Of a stretch of DNA of 36,668 bases, positions 8,893-19,414 are shown piece by piece. The notes beneath the pieces are model-generated. The model did no database searches. It was not told the origin of the DNA and worked only from the letters and a program-made list of their open reading frames with translations. The stretch comes from a virus (taxonomy: Duplodnaviria; Caudoviricetes), in the IMG/VR virus record IMGVR_UViG_3300036945_000039, positions 1 through 36,668 of that record. One strand, given 5' to 3'. The position numbers were made by a program, and so were the translations under genes. Every line of letters begins with the position of its first letter. Position 1 is the stretch's first letter.

Positions 8893-11800
8893 TGGCACAA
8901 AAAGACCTAGACGCATACGTTAATTCACAAACCATTAAGCAAGAACAACGAAATGCGCTAGGCGAAAGTCTTGCGTCTGGCGTTGAACAAGACCCAGATG
9001 CTTACTCAAAGTCACTAGCGGTGGCAATGAAGACTGGAGTTGCTACCAATGTGGTACAGCAATTCCCTAATGAATATACAAAGCAAGCACGTTTAGGCGC
9101 TTTATCTATTGAATCTTTGGTTGACAATAACCCAAAGGTATCTCAGTTCTTATCAACTAGCAAAGACAACTCAGCCATCTCCCACGATGATACGCAGAGC
9201 ATGTCAGCCCTAGAATACTTAATTAGACCAGTTGATTACGCTAGGTCAGCAGTTGCTGGCGCAGTTAAATCTATTGGTAGCGATATTTCAGGTCGTGGCG
9301 TTATTGAGGATATTGGCACTCGTAATGGCTTGGGCGCATGGGATAGGATGTTTGGCACGGCTAAGGCAATTGCTCAAGCTCCATTGACTATCTACAATAT
9401 ATCTACAGCTCCAGCTAAGATTGATGCCAAAGCAATTGGTGGCGACATTAAAGAGCTAGGCAATAAGATTGCTCCACCTAAAGAGCGTCAAGCGTTTGAT
9501 ACTGAAGTAGCAGAAGGCATTGGTCAGATTAGCTCACAGATTGTGCAGTCAATGTTGACTGGCGGTTCTACCTTGTATTACCAAGGTGCTGATGCCATGA
9601 ATGACAAGGTGGCTAAGGATGATTCTAGTCAGGCACGTAAGGATGCAGCCGTAGTAATTGGTGCGTCTATCACTGGCTTAACAGAGAAATACGGCTTAGA
9701 TAAGATATTGAACCGTGTGCCACCACAGGTTAAAAACAGAACATTACGCTTTATTTCAGACAAAGCTGCTGCTTTTGGCATTGAGTTTGCGCAGGAATTG
9801 ACAGAAAACATCGCTCAAGACGTAACACGTCAGATGTTGACTAACCCAGAAGCGCCTATTGGCGAAGGCGTATTACGTGAATCTACAGTAGCTGGTACGG
9901 CTGCTGCCATTGTGCGTACAGCTTTAGGCATCAAGTCATTTAGACAAGCAAAAGACCAGCAAGAATTCATTGAATCTATTGCAGACAAGGCTAAGTCATC
10001 TAAGCTACGTGAGCGCTCTCCTGAGAAGTTCCAAGAGTTTATTGATTTGGTTACTGAGAATGGTCCAGTGCAGCAGGTATTTGTGCCGCAAGAACAGTTT
10101 AAGCAGTATTTCCAGTCAGTTAATAAAGACCCAGAACAGGTTGCTAAAGATTTAGGCATCACTAATTACGCTGAAGCTGAGTTGGCTGGTGGCGATTTAG
10201 TCATTCCAATGAATAACTTTGTAAGCAAGATTGCTCCTAGCGATGACTTGCAGGGCTTGATGAGCGATATTCGTTTGGCACAAGGGTTTGATACGCCACG
10301 TGAAGCTCAAGAAAAGATGGCTAATCTTGAAGCTGACATTGCTGCGTTGCGTGAGCAGTACGAAAAAGAAGACCAGTTTAGAGGTGCTGAAACTACAGCA
10401 ATGCAAGAAATTAAGGCTGATATTGAAGGTCAGCTAGTGCAGTTAGGCATGACAGCTAAGACAGCTAACGACTACGCCACTATTGCTGCTGCTGGTTTTA
10501 GAGGTATTAGCACTAACGCTTATAAGAACATGACGGTTCAAGAGCGTGAAAGCATGGTTCGTCGTGTATTTAAGCAGACAGAATTTAAAGTCAGCATGCC
10601 AATGGCTACTATCCTCAAGGATAAAAAAGTAGACATGCAGCTTGACCCATTGTTGGAATCATTGCGCAGCAGGTCTAGCTTTGACCCTAAGAAAATCTAT
10701 GGTCCATCACTTATTGAGTTCTTGAACAAGCGCAAGGTCAAGATTAACGATGAGATGGGTGAGCTAGTTGCCAGAGATATTGACGTAGGCAAGACATTAT
10801 CTAAGCGTTTAATTGCTGGCAAAGGTGAAGCTGGCATGGGTTTAGAAGAAGCAGCGTTGATTGCTTATGACTTTGGCTACATTACAGAGCAAAACGAAGC
10901 ATTGTTCTTGGATGCGCTTGATGAAGACCTACGTGGTAACCCAGTTTATAGCGCTGAATTTACAGATGTTACGGCTGAAACCTATGTAAACCAGTTAGAG
11001 AATCTACAGTCTTATTTAGAGCGCAATAACATTGACGTTCGTGATATGACTAACGATGAGATTCGTGCAAAGCTGGATGAGATTGCAGCGCAGCCAGAAG
11101 CAATGCCTGATTATTACCAAGGCGTACCAAGATACCAGCTTGATGCGGTGCGTAAGCAATACGAGAATACTGACCAATGGCTAAGAGCGCCAGACGGCAG
11201 CCCTACTAATCTTACTGAAGACCAATGGTTGCAGGTTCGCACACCAGAGTTTAAGACTTGGTTTGGTGACTGGGAGCAAGCCTATAAAGACGGTGGCGTA
11301 TTTAAGACTGAGCTTAGTGTTTCCAAGGTTGTTGGCAAAAACGGTGAGCCGTTGATTGTTTATCACGGCACAGACAACGGTGGATTCTCAATATTTGATA
11401 CTCCCAACGGTATTAACAGGGGTGATTTAGGCATCTTTGCTACAAGCAATCGTGAGATGGCTAGAACGTATATCAAGCGTGGCAGAGAAACTGGTATTGA
11501 GTTCAGAAATAACTACACTGTTGAAGAATTTGAAGAAATCTACGATTTGACCGTTGAAGAAGAAGACGGCAAATTTAAGATGACAGATGACATGGGTTAT
11601 GACTTTGGCTTGTTTAACACTCAAGAAGAGTTATTGGCTGCAGCTCAAGAATATGTCAAAGATAAAAGAGGCAATCAGTCAGGAGTTTATGAGCTATTCA
11701 TGAACATTCGTGATGTATACGAAAGCGATTTTGAAGGCGCTAACTGGAATGGTAACCGTGAGAATCAATGGGTTGTTATTGACCAAGACGGTCAAGAATC

Positions 11801-14800
11801 AGTAAACCCTGCAACTGGTAGCACAATATTTACAGACAAGAATGAAGCAGACTTATTTGCTGAAGAGAATAATCTACAGGTTATTGATGCTCCGCAAAAC
11901 TATGAAACTACTGATGACGCAGTTCAAGAAGCACGTAAATTAAGCAATGATGGCGCTATTATCTACAACGTGATTGATGATGGCGGTGGCATTGGCGCAT
12001 ACGCTGGTGAGCCGTCAGACGTATTTGTTGCATTTAAACCAGAGCAAGTTAAGGCAGCCAGTGGCAATGTAGGTACTTTCAGAGGTGACAGCCCTAATAT
12101 TTTCTACCAGACCATTGATAAGACTGAAACTGAAGAGTTTAAGAAATGGTCAAACAATAATGAGTTGGTCAGAGAAGGCGATTACTTTGAGTATGAATCA
12201 GGCGTTGGCGTAGTTGTTGAAGCATTGCATGGCACTACTGGCGATTTTGAAGTATTTGATTTATCTAAAGCTAACCCTGAATCAGATATGGGCGCTGGTT
12301 TCTATTTCTCAAACACGACAGATGACGTAGGTACTAACTATGCAGGTCTTGGTCCTGATTTGACGCAAAAGGTTGAGCGATTGGCTGAGCAGATTGCTGA
12401 CCAGACTGACCGTAAATATGATGACCCTGAAGTTATGGCTGAAGCTAAGGCTAAGTTCATGACTAACCAAGGTTTTACAATGCCAGTCTATGTGCGCTTT
12501 GATAACCCTGCTGTTTTAGGCGGAAACTACGAAACGACATTTACTCTTGAGCAAGAATACAACGAAGAAACTGATGAGTTTGGCGATGTCACTGGCACGT
12601 TAGTTGATTTTGTAGATGCGCTAAAGTCGGTTGAAGGTGAGTTTTCTGATGTTGATGCAACAGAAGTTGGCGGTTATTTATTTGAATATGCTGCTGACCG
12701 TGGCGAAATGTCATTATCTGACATCATTCATTTTATTAAAGATAGACCAACTGGCGCTCAATATGCAACTGATGAAGATGGTGCATACGTTGTATCTGAA
12801 TTTATCCGCAGAGGTTTAGAAGAAGCTGGTTTTGATGGCGTAATTGATACTACAGTAAGTAGCAAGTTTAAATCAATGACTGGCATGAATCCTGATACGG
12901 TTCATTACATTGCATTTGGTCCTAAGCAGATTAAGAGCCGTTATAACAAGGGTACTTTTGGTGTTGATACAGAAAACATTTTGTATCAGAAGACGCAAGA
13001 AAACCTAGAAGTTAAGCGTGGCTACGTTAAATTTGGTGAAGGCAAGAACAAAACAGTAGAGATTGCATTGCTTGAAAAGCGTGACATGTCTACATTCTTG
13101 CATGAGATGGGTCACGTATACCTAGAGATTCTTGGTGATGTTGCTCAAGACCGTAATTCTAGCGATGAAACTAAAGCTGACTATGCAACTATCCTCAATT
13201 TCTTAGGCGTAAAAGACCGTTCTGAGATTGGCGTTAAGCAGCATGAGATGTTCGCACGTGCGCATGAAGCATATTTGCGTGAAGGTAAAGCTCCTAGTGC
13301 TGAGCTACGTTCCGTATTCCAAAAGTTTAAGGCATGGCTAACACGTATTTACAAGACATTGCAGCAGCTAGATATTGAGTTGAATGACGAAGTACGTCAG
13401 GTATTTGACCGTATCTACGCTACAGAACAAGAGATTCAGACAGCTAAAACAGAAGCCGATATGACACCATTGTTTGCGTCTGCTCAAGATGCCAACATGA
13501 CGGATGCTGAGTTTGAAGCCTATACGACTGCTGTTAGAGATGAGATTGAAGTAGCTAAAGAGAAGCTAGAGCAGAAGTTACTCAAAGAGTTTGAGCGTGA
13601 GCAGAAGATTTGGTGGAAAGAATCACGTGCTGAGATGCGCAAAGTTGTTGAGCAAGAGGTCAATGAGATGCCAGTTTATCAGGCGTTCCAGAGATTATCG
13701 CTTGGCGCACTAAAAGGCGAAGAGAGCATCAAATTATCATACCTAGACCTAGTTGCTAGATATGGTGAGGCGTTTGTTAAGACATTGCCAAGACCTTATG
13801 TATACGCTAAAAAGGGTGGCTTAGACGCTGATTCTGCTGCTGAGATGCTAGGTTACGAAACTGGTGACGATTTGGTTCAGGCGTTGGCGCAGATGAAGCC
13901 ACGTAAAGAATACATTGAAGCTGAAACTGATGAGCGCATGAAGGAAACTTATGGCGACATCCAGACTGATGGTTCGTTTGCAGATGAAGCTCGTATGGCA
14001 ATGCACAATGAATCACGTGCAAATGTATTGTCTATTGAGTTAAAGGCAATTAAGCGTAAGCAGCGTGAAGCAGCACCGTTTGTTAAGGCTGCAATGGCTG
14101 GTGTTGCGGCTGAAAAGAAAATGGCTTTGGATGCTACAAGAGTTCCGCCATTATCTGCTTTCCGTGCTATGGCTAAAGGCATCATTGGTGCTAAGCGTGT
14201 TGCTGACATTACGCCTTATGACTACTTGCTTGCTGAGCGTAGATATAACCGTGAAGCGTTCAAAGCAATGGCTAAGGGCGAATACCAAGACGCTGCAATT
14301 GCTAAGCAAAAAGAATTGATTAACCACTACATGTATCTTGAAGCTACTAAGGCACGTCAGGATATTGACAAGGCACGTGAATACTTAGCGACTTTTGATA
14401 AGAAGGCTACACGTGAGCGTGTTGGTAAGGCAGGTCAAGAGTATTTAGACCAGATTGACACGTTGTTAGAAGGCTTTGAGTTAAAGCGTATTCCGTTGCT
14501 TGAGATTGAGCGCCGCATGAAGTTGGCTGATTTTGTTGCGCAGCGTGAAGCTGAAGGCGAATTTGTCAACATTCCCCAAGAGCTAATTGATAAAGCCAGA
14601 ACAACTAACTACAAGCAAGCGACTTATGATGAGTTTGCTGCATTGCGTGATGCTGTTAAGAACATTGAGCATTTAGCTAAATTTAAAGACAAGCTCATGG
14701 TACGCCAGAAGGCACGTGAGTTTGCCAATGTTAAGTCTGAGTTGTTGACATCACTAAAAGACAATAGAGAGCCAACTGGTGACCTAGAGTTGTTAACAAC

Positions 14801-16841
14801 TAAGTCTATGACTATGCGTGAAAAAGGCGCAAAAGCATGGCGTAAGTTTGACGCAGCCCACTTAAAGGTTGAGCAAATTGTTGAATGGCTAGATGGCGGT
14901 CAGATTGATGGTCCTTGGTCTAGGTATTTCTTTGACTTGGCTGACGAAGCACAGACTAAAGAATACGATTTGCACCGTACAGTGACTAAAGCATTGCGTC
15001 AATTGCAAGAGAATATGCCACGTAAATGGCAGCAGTCTTTGTATGACAAGGTTGCAGTTAACTTGCCAGCAGCTAAGAACATCACTAAGTATGACCTTAT
15101 CGGTATTGCGCTAAATAGCGGCAACTCTGGTAACCGTGACCGTTTAAAGTCTGGCAGAACATTGCAGGATGGTCAGCAATTCCCTTGGACTGATGAGCAG
15201 ATTGATGCTGCTTTAACTAATCTAACTAAAGAAGATTGGCAGTTCGTACAAGGTGTATGGGATACTGTTAACTTATTGTGGACTGACATTTCTTCATTGC
15301 AAGTACGTATGACTGGCATCGCTCCGCCTAAAGTAGAGGCGCAGCCGTTCCAGATTACTACTAAGCAAGGCGAAACTATCAATGTAGAGGGTGGATATTT
15401 CCCTATTGTTTATGACTACAGGATGTCTGATGTAGGTAAGAAGCAAGCCGAAGCGCAGGAAAGCGTACAAGATTTCTTGAGCAAAGGTCATGGTCGTGCC
15501 ACTACAGCTAAGGGTCATACGATTTCACGTGTGGATACATTCTCTGCACCGATTAACCTAGACTGGTCAGATACATTGACGTATCACATGTCTAACGTAA
15601 TCAAGGATATTTCCCACAGAGAAGCGATATTAGGCATCAATAAGATTCTTAATGACAAAGAAATAGCCCTAGAGCTTGAAGCTCGTCTTGGTGGTGAATA
15701 TACCAAACTATTGAAGGAATGGACAAGAACATTAGTATCAGACAGAGCAGATTCTTTGTATCAGGCTCAAGGTCTTGCTAAGGTTTTCATGAAGACACGT
15801 ACCAATATGGCTATCGTGACTATGGGCTTTAAGGCTACTACAGTCTTGGCGCAGATTGCAGGTATTGGTCCAGCGCTTGATTTTGTCAGCCCACGTAGCT
15901 TCTACAAAGGCTTGGTATCGTTCATGACCAGCCCTAAAGAAACCTATGCTTTTGTAACTGAGAAGTCAGGCGAGATTCGTAACCGTCTAAATACTATTGA
16001 CCGTGATGTAAAGGATGGCTTAGCCATTGAGCGTGGTCAGGTGGGCGTGGCTGCTGCCGTAAGACGTACAGCGTTCTACGCCACTGGCGTTATGGATATG
16101 ATGGTATCTATCCCTACATGGATGGCTGCTTACAATCAGGCGCTGACAGAAGGTAAGACAGACCAAGATGCGGTACGTGCTGGTGACAGAGCTGTTCGTT
16201 TATCTCAAGGCGCTTCTGGTGCTAAGGATATGGCTGCTGTTCAGCGTAATAATGAGTTGACCAGATTGTTGACCATGTATTACACCCCATTCTCTGCCTT
16301 GTATGCTCGCTTACGTGACATTGGCAAAACCACTAAAGAGATGAAGGACTTGCCAAGAGCTGCTGCCAGATTGATGGCATTGGTTATTTTCCCTGCAATT
16401 GTGGGCGAATTGTTGGCAGGTCGTGGTCCAGACGATGACGAAGACGAAGTATGGTGGGCTGCTCGTAAAGTAATGCTTTACCCAATGGCTACCATTCCAG
16501 TTGTACGTGATTTCTCTGGCTTGACAGAAAAATGGATGATTAACATTATTGGCGAAGGTGAGATGGAATTTGCACCGTCATACAGGTTATCTCCGATTGT
16601 GGGTGCTATTGAAAAAGTATCTAAGATTCCAAGCAAGATTGGTGACGTGGTAGTAGGTGATAAAGAGTTTGATGACGTGGCTTGGGACATCTTTGAAAGT
16701 AGTGGTTACGTACTTGGATTACCAACTGCACAGGCACGCATCACTGGTGAATATCTACAAAACTTATTGTCTGGAGAAGCTGAACCAGAAAACGCAGCAG
16801 ATGTATTAAAAGGTCTGTTATTTAGACCGAAAAAAGATTAG
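8892..16841 (+). CDS. Giant ejection protein / large polyvalent protein with two ART-PolyVal-like domains and an HExxH zincin motif
   Basis: 2649 aa in the gp16 position. Module 1: 'TPEFKTWFGDW...NGEPLIVYHGT...GIFATS...AFKPEQVK'. Module 2: 'LHGT...MGAGFYFS...GFDGVI...AFGPKQIKS'. 'STFLHEMGH' with HEMGH at 13101-13115. Confidence 0.8.
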   Translation: MAQKDLDAYVNSQTIKQEQRNALGESLASGVEQDPDAYSKSLAVAMKTGVATNVVQQFPNEYTKQARLGALSIESLVDNNPKVSQFLSTSKDNSAISHDDTQSMSALEYLIRPVDYARSAVAGAVKSIGSDISGRGVIEDIGTRNGLGAWDRMFGTAKAIAQAPLTIYNISTAPAKIDAKAIGGDIKELGNKIAPPKERQAFDTEVAEGIGQISSQIVQSMLTGGSTLYYQGADAMNDKVAKDDSSQARKDAAVVIGASITGLTEKYGLDKILNRVPPQVKNRTLRFISDKAAAFGIEFAQELTENIAQDVTRQMLTNPEAPIGEGVLRESTVAGTAAAIVRTALGIKSFRQAKDQQEFIESIADKAKSSKLRERSPEKFQEFIDLVTENGPVQQVFVPQEQFKQYFQSVNKDPEQVAKDLGITNYAEAELAGGDLVIPMNNFVSKIAPSDDLQGLMSDIRLAQGFDTPREAQEKMANLEADIAALREQYEKEDQFRGAETTAMQEIKADIEGQLVQLGMTAKTANDYATIAAAGFRGISTNAYKNMTVQERESMVRRVFKQTEFKVSMPMATILKDKKVDMQLDPLLESLRSRSSFDPKKIYGPSLIEFLNKRKVKINDEMGELVARDIDVGKTLSKRLIAGKGEAGMGLEEAALIAYDFGYITEQNEALFLDALDEDLRGNPVYSAEFTDVTAETYVNQLENLQSYLERNNIDVRDMTNDEIRAKLDEIAAQPEAMPDYYQGVPRYQLDAVRKQYENTDQWLRAPDGSPTNLTEDQWLQVRTPEFKTWFGDWEQAYKDGGVFKTELSVSKVVGKNGEPLIVYHGTDNGGFSIFDTPNGINRGDLGIFATSNREMARTYIKRGRETGIEFRNNYTVEEFEEIYDLTVEEEDGKFKMTDDMGYDFGLFNTQEELLAAAQEYVKDKRGNQSGVYELFMNIRDVYESDFEGANWNGNRENQWVVIDQDGQESVNPATGSTIFTDKNEADLFAEENNLQVIDAPQNYETTDDAVQEARKLSNDGAIIYNVIDDGGGIGAYAGEPSDVFVAFKPEQVKAASGNVGTFRGDSPNIFYQTIDKTETEEFKKWSNNNELVREGDYFEYESGVGVVVEALHGTTGDFEVFDLSKANPESDMGAGFYFSNTTDDVGTNYAGLGPDLTQKVERLAEQIADQTDRKYDDPEVMAEAKAKFMTNQGFTMPVYVRFDNPAVLGGNYETTFTLEQEYNEETDEFGDVTGTLVDFVDALKSVEGEFSDVDATEVGGYLFEYAADRGEMSLSDIIHFIKDRPTGAQYATDEDGAYVVSEFIRRGLEEAGFDGVIDTTVSSKFKSMTGMNPDTVHYIAFGPKQIKSRYNKGTFGVDTENILYQKTQENLEVKRGYVKFGEGKNKTVEIALLEKRDMSTFLHEMGHVYLEILGDVAQDRNSSDETKADYATILNFLGVKDRSEIGVKQHEMFARAHEAYLREGKAPSAELRSVFQKFKAWLTRIYKTLQQLDIELNDEVRQVFDRIYATEQEIQTAKTEADMTPLFASAQDANMTDAEFEAYTTAVRDEIEVAKEKLEQKLLKEFEREQKIWWKESRAEMRKVVEQEVNEMPVYQAFQRLSLGALKGEESIKLSYLDLVARYGEAFVKTLPRPYVYAKKGGLDADSAAEMLGYETGDDLVQALAQMKPRKEYIEAETDERMKETYGDIQTDGSFADEARMAMHNESRANVLSIELKAIKRKQREAAPFVKAAMAGVAAEKKMALDATRVPPLSAFRAMAKGIIGAKRVADITPYDYLLAERRYNREAFKAMAKGEYQDAAIAKQKELINHYMYLEATKARQDIDKAREYLATFDKKATRERVGKAGQEYLDQIDTLLEGFELKRIPLLEIERRMKLADFVAQREAEGEFVNIPQELIDKARTTNYKQATYDEFAALRDAVKNIEHLAKFKDKLMVRQKAREFANVKSELLTSLKDNREPTGDLELLTTKSMTMREKGAKAWRKFDAAHLKVEQIVEWLDGGQIDGPWSRYFFDLADEAQTKEYDLHRTVTKALRQLQENMPRKWQQSLYDKVAVNLPAAKNITKYDLIGIALNSGNSGNRDRLKSGRTLQDGQQFPWTDEQIDAALTNLTKEDWQFVQGVWDTVNLLWTDISSLQVRMTGIAPPKVEAQPFQITTKQGETINVEGGYFPIVYDYRMSDVGKKQAEAQESVQDFLSKGHGRATTAKGHTISRVDTFSAPINLDWSDTLTYHMSNVIKDISHREAILGINKILNDKEIALELEARLGGEYTKLLKEWTRTLVSDRADSLYQAQGLAKVFMKTRTNMAIVTMGFKATTVLAQIAGIGPALDFVSPRSFYKGLVSFMTSPKETYAFVTEKSGEIRNRLNTIDRDVKDGLAIERGQVGVAAAVRRTAFYATGVMDMMVSIPTWMAAYNQALTEGKTDQDAVRAGDRAVRLSQGASGAKDMAAVQRNNELTRLLTMYYTPFSALYARLRDIGKTTKEMKDLPRAAARLMALVIFPAIVGELLAGRGPDDDEDEVWWAARKVMLYPMATIPVVRDFSGLTEKWMINIIGEGEMEFAPSYRLSPIVGAIEKVSKIPSKIGDVVVGDKEFDDVAWDIFESSGYVLGLPTAQARITGEYLQNLLSGEAEPENAADVLKGLLFRPKKD

Positions 16842-16868
16842 AATTCAAAACATATTTAAGAGGTCACT

Positions 16869-18587
16869 ATGACAGTTAGCTCAACAACATCTAAGGTATC
16901 GTATTCAGGTAACGGCTCTACCGTTGCTTTTACGGTTACGTTCTATTTCTTAGCGTCTTCAGACATCAAGGTTCTGGTTCGTTCTGCGAACGGTACTGAA
17001 GTTGTTAAAACGCTAAACACGGACTATACAGTAACTGGCGCTGGTGACCCATCAGGCGGCACAGTAACATTTGGTACAGCTCCAGCATCAGGTCAGACTG
17101 TAGTTTTGGCACGTAATGTACCGTTAACTCAGGTAACTGACTATACGCCTAATGACCCATTCCCTGCTGAAACTCATGAAAGAGCGCTAGACAAACTAAC
17201 GCAAGTAACTCAGCAGATTAACGAAGCTGTTAACCGTTCTCTCAAGTTGTCATTATCTAACACGATGACATCTACAGAATTTACTGTTGATGCTGCGACA
17301 CGTGCTAACAAGGTTTTAGGATTTGATGCTGCTGGTGAATTGGCGGTTACTCAAGAGATTGGTACATACCGTGGCAACTGGTCTAGCGGTACTGCTTATC
17401 AGCAACGTGACATCATTAAAGATACAAGCAACGCTAACATCTACATCTGCGTAACTGCTCATACATCTACTGGTTCACAGCCTATTTCTAGCAACACTGA
17501 TAGTGCAAAGTGGGCTTTGATTGTAGATGCTGCTAGTGCTGCTGCTGCCGAAGCTGCTGCCGAAGCTGCTCAGGCTGCTGCTGAAGCCGCCCAAGCTGCT
17601 GCTGAAACTGCTGAAGCCAATGCCGAAACAGCCGAAACTAACGCTGAAACAGCAGAAACCAATGCTGAAACTGCTGCGACTAACGCTTCTAACAGTGCTA
17701 GTGCTGCTTCTACAAGCGCTACAAACGCTAGTAACTCTGCCAGCGCTGCTGCGACATCAGCTACAAACGCATCAAACAGTGCGACTGCTGCTGCAACTGC
17801 TAAAACTGCTGCTGAATTGGCTGAAACAAACGCTGAAACGGCTGAAGCTAATGCTGAAACAGCTCAGGCTGCGGCTGAAACTGCGGAAACTAACGCTGAA
17901 ACTGCGGCTACAAATGCTTCTGCAAGCGCTACATTAGCTAACGACTGGGCAACTAAGACTTCTGGTCCAGTAGCAGGTGGCGAATACTCTGCTAAGTATC
18001 ATGCTCAATTGGCGGCTACTGCTAAGACTGCTGCCGAAACTGCGGAAACTAATGCGGAAACTGCACAAGCGGCTGCTGAGGTTGCGCAAGCTGGAGCTGA
18101 AGCGGCTTTAGAAGCATTTAACGAAACATACTTAGGCGCTAAGTCTAGTGACCCTAGCGTTGATAATAACGGTGACCCAGTAACTGCTGGTGACTGGTAC
18201 TTCAATACAACGACAAGCCGTAGCAGAATCTATACAGGTTCAGCTTGGGAAAACGTCATCGTTGATACCACGACTGTAGTTGCTAAGACAGGTAATACTG
18301 GTTCTGCTATTGTCCCATCTGGTACTACTGCACAGCGTGATGGCTCTCCTACTAACGGCTACTTCAGATACAACTCAGACCTAGATTCTTTTGAGGGATA
18401 TGTTGATGGCGCATGGGGTGGAGTAGGTGGCGCACAGGCTGGTGGTGTGATTTATGAGAACAGCCAGACCGTTACATCTAACTACACAATCACTACTGGA
18501 AAGAACGGATTTAGCGTTGGACCAATCACAATTGATTCTGGCGTTACAGTAACCGTACCGTCTGGTAGCGTTTGGACAATTATCTAA
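16869..18587 (+). CDS. Tail fibre protein (T7 gp17-type N-terminal anchor)
   Basis: 'YSGNGSTVAFTVTFYFL', 'LNTDYTVTG', 'FPAETHERALDKLT' anchor domain; a CBM-like 'W..GTAY...Y.C..AHTS...W' segment; Ala-rich coiled shaft. Confidence 0.85.
   Translation: MTVSSTTSKVSYSGNGSTVAFTVTFYFLASSDIKVLVRSANGTEVVKTLNTDYTVTGAGDPSGGTVTFGTAPASGQTVVLARNVPLTQVTDYTPNDPFPAETHERALDKLTQVTQQINEAVNRSLKLSLSNTMTSTEFTVDAATRANKVLGFDAAGELAVTQEIGTYRGNWSSGTAYQQRDIIKDTSNANIYICVTAHTSTGSQPISSNTDSAKWALIVDAASAAAAEAAAEAAQAAAEAAQAAAETAEANAETAETNAETAETNAETAATNASNSASAASTSATNASNSASAAATSATNASNSATAAATAKTAAELAETNAETAEANAETAQAAAETAETNAETAATNASASATLANDWATKTSGPVAGGEYSAKYHAQLAATAKTAAETAETNAETAQAAAEVAQAGAEAALEAFNETYLGAKSSDPSVDNNGDPVTAGDWYFNTTTSRSRIYTGSAWENVIVDTTTVVAKTGNTGSAIVPSGTTAQRDGSPTNGYFRYNSDLDSFEGYVDGAWGGVGGAQAGGVIYENSQTVTSNYTITTGKNGFSVGPITIDSGVTVTVPSGSVWTII
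17530..18110 (+). repeat. Coding low-complexity heptad repeats (AETAETN / ATNASNS) in the fibre shaft
   Basis: Many degenerate 21-bp units, e.g. gctgaaactgcggaaactaac. Confidence 0.85.
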
Positions 18588-18596
18588 GGAATAACT

Positions 18597-19133
18597 ATGG
18601 CTATAACATTAAACGGTAGTGGCTCAATAACAGGATTGTCTAGCGGTGCTGGCATCTCTGCTAGTGCATTATCAGGTCAAGTGCCTGATGCCAATGCTCC
18701 AAGTGGTAGCGTAATACAGGTTGTGCATCTTCAAACATATGGATACACAACAAACGCAACATCAACTTATGTTGACGTGCCTAATTACACTTTATCAATT
18801 ACACCATCATCTACAAGTAGCAAAATTTTGGTAGCAATAAATCTTAATGGTTGTGGTAAATATAGCGGAACAACTTGGGGAAGATTTAGATTGCTTAGGA
18901 ATGGTTCTGAAATTTGTGTTTTTAATGATTCTGCTGGGTGGACAGGAACATCAACTGAGAGCAATCATTCGGTTGGCTTTGATTATTTAGATGAGCCAGC
19001 AACAACAAGTTCTGTAACTTATAAAGTTCAATTTAATTGTCCTAACAATACTGCCGCCGCACAAGTTGGCAACTATGTTGGAGCAGTAACTAACGCTAGA
19101 CATTCACTTGTTTTAACGGAGATTGCTGGATGA
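18597..19133 (+). CDS. Fibre-tip/receptor-binding-like protein, paralogue 1
   Basis: 'GSVIQVV...SITPSSTSSKILV...LDEPATTSSVTYKVQ...LTEIAG'; paralogous to 19415-19951. Confidence 0.65.
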   Translation: MAITLNGSGSITGLSSGAGISASALSGQVPDANAPSGSVIQVVHLQTYGYTTNATSTYVDVPNYTLSITPSSTSSKILVAINLNGCGKYSGTTWGRFRLLRNGSEICVFNDSAGWTGTSTESNHSVGFDYLDEPATTSSVTYKVQFNCPNNTAAAQVGNYVGAVTNARHSLVLTEIAG

Positions 19134-19411
19134 TAACGCCTACAAATATTAGAGCAGTTTACAAGTTATACCCTCAGGTTGCTCATACTACTGATACGAC
19201 TGCTTACGATGCAAGTGGTAATGAGGTTGCTATTGACTTTGCCTTAATTGATGCTGAGGTTGCAAGCACTCAATATCAGCGTCAGCGTATGGCTGAATAC
19301 CCATCTATCCAAGAACAGATGGATATGCAGTATTGGGATGCTATCAATGGCACAACTACATGGCAAGATGCTATCAATGCCGTAAAGCAAAAATTTCCAA
19401 AGGGAGCATAA
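19130..19411 (+). CDS. Small partner/tail-fibre assembly chaperone-like protein 1
   Basis: 'YQRQR.AEYPSIQEQMDMQYWD...W...I.AVK.KFPK'; ATGA-coupled to the upstream gene. Confidence 0.65.
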   Translation: MITPTNIRAVYKLYPQVAHTTDTTAYDASGNEVAIDFALIDAEVASTQYQRQRMAEYPSIQEQMDMQYWDAINGTTTWQDAINAVKQKFPKGA

Positions 19412-19414
19412 GCT

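Noticed and set aside
741-16690. Numerous 60-120-aa antisense and off-frame ORFs nested in structural genes
   Set aside because: No RBS or recognisable motifs; expected by-products of codon bias.
17527-17937. Alternative-frame Leu/Lys-rich 136-aa ORF
   Set aside because: Shadow of the GCT/GAA/ACT repeats; no RBS.
17530-18110. CRISPR-like or non-coding tandem array
   Set aside because: In-frame degenerate codon repeats encoding the Ala-rich fibre shaft; no constant repeat/unique spacer pattern.
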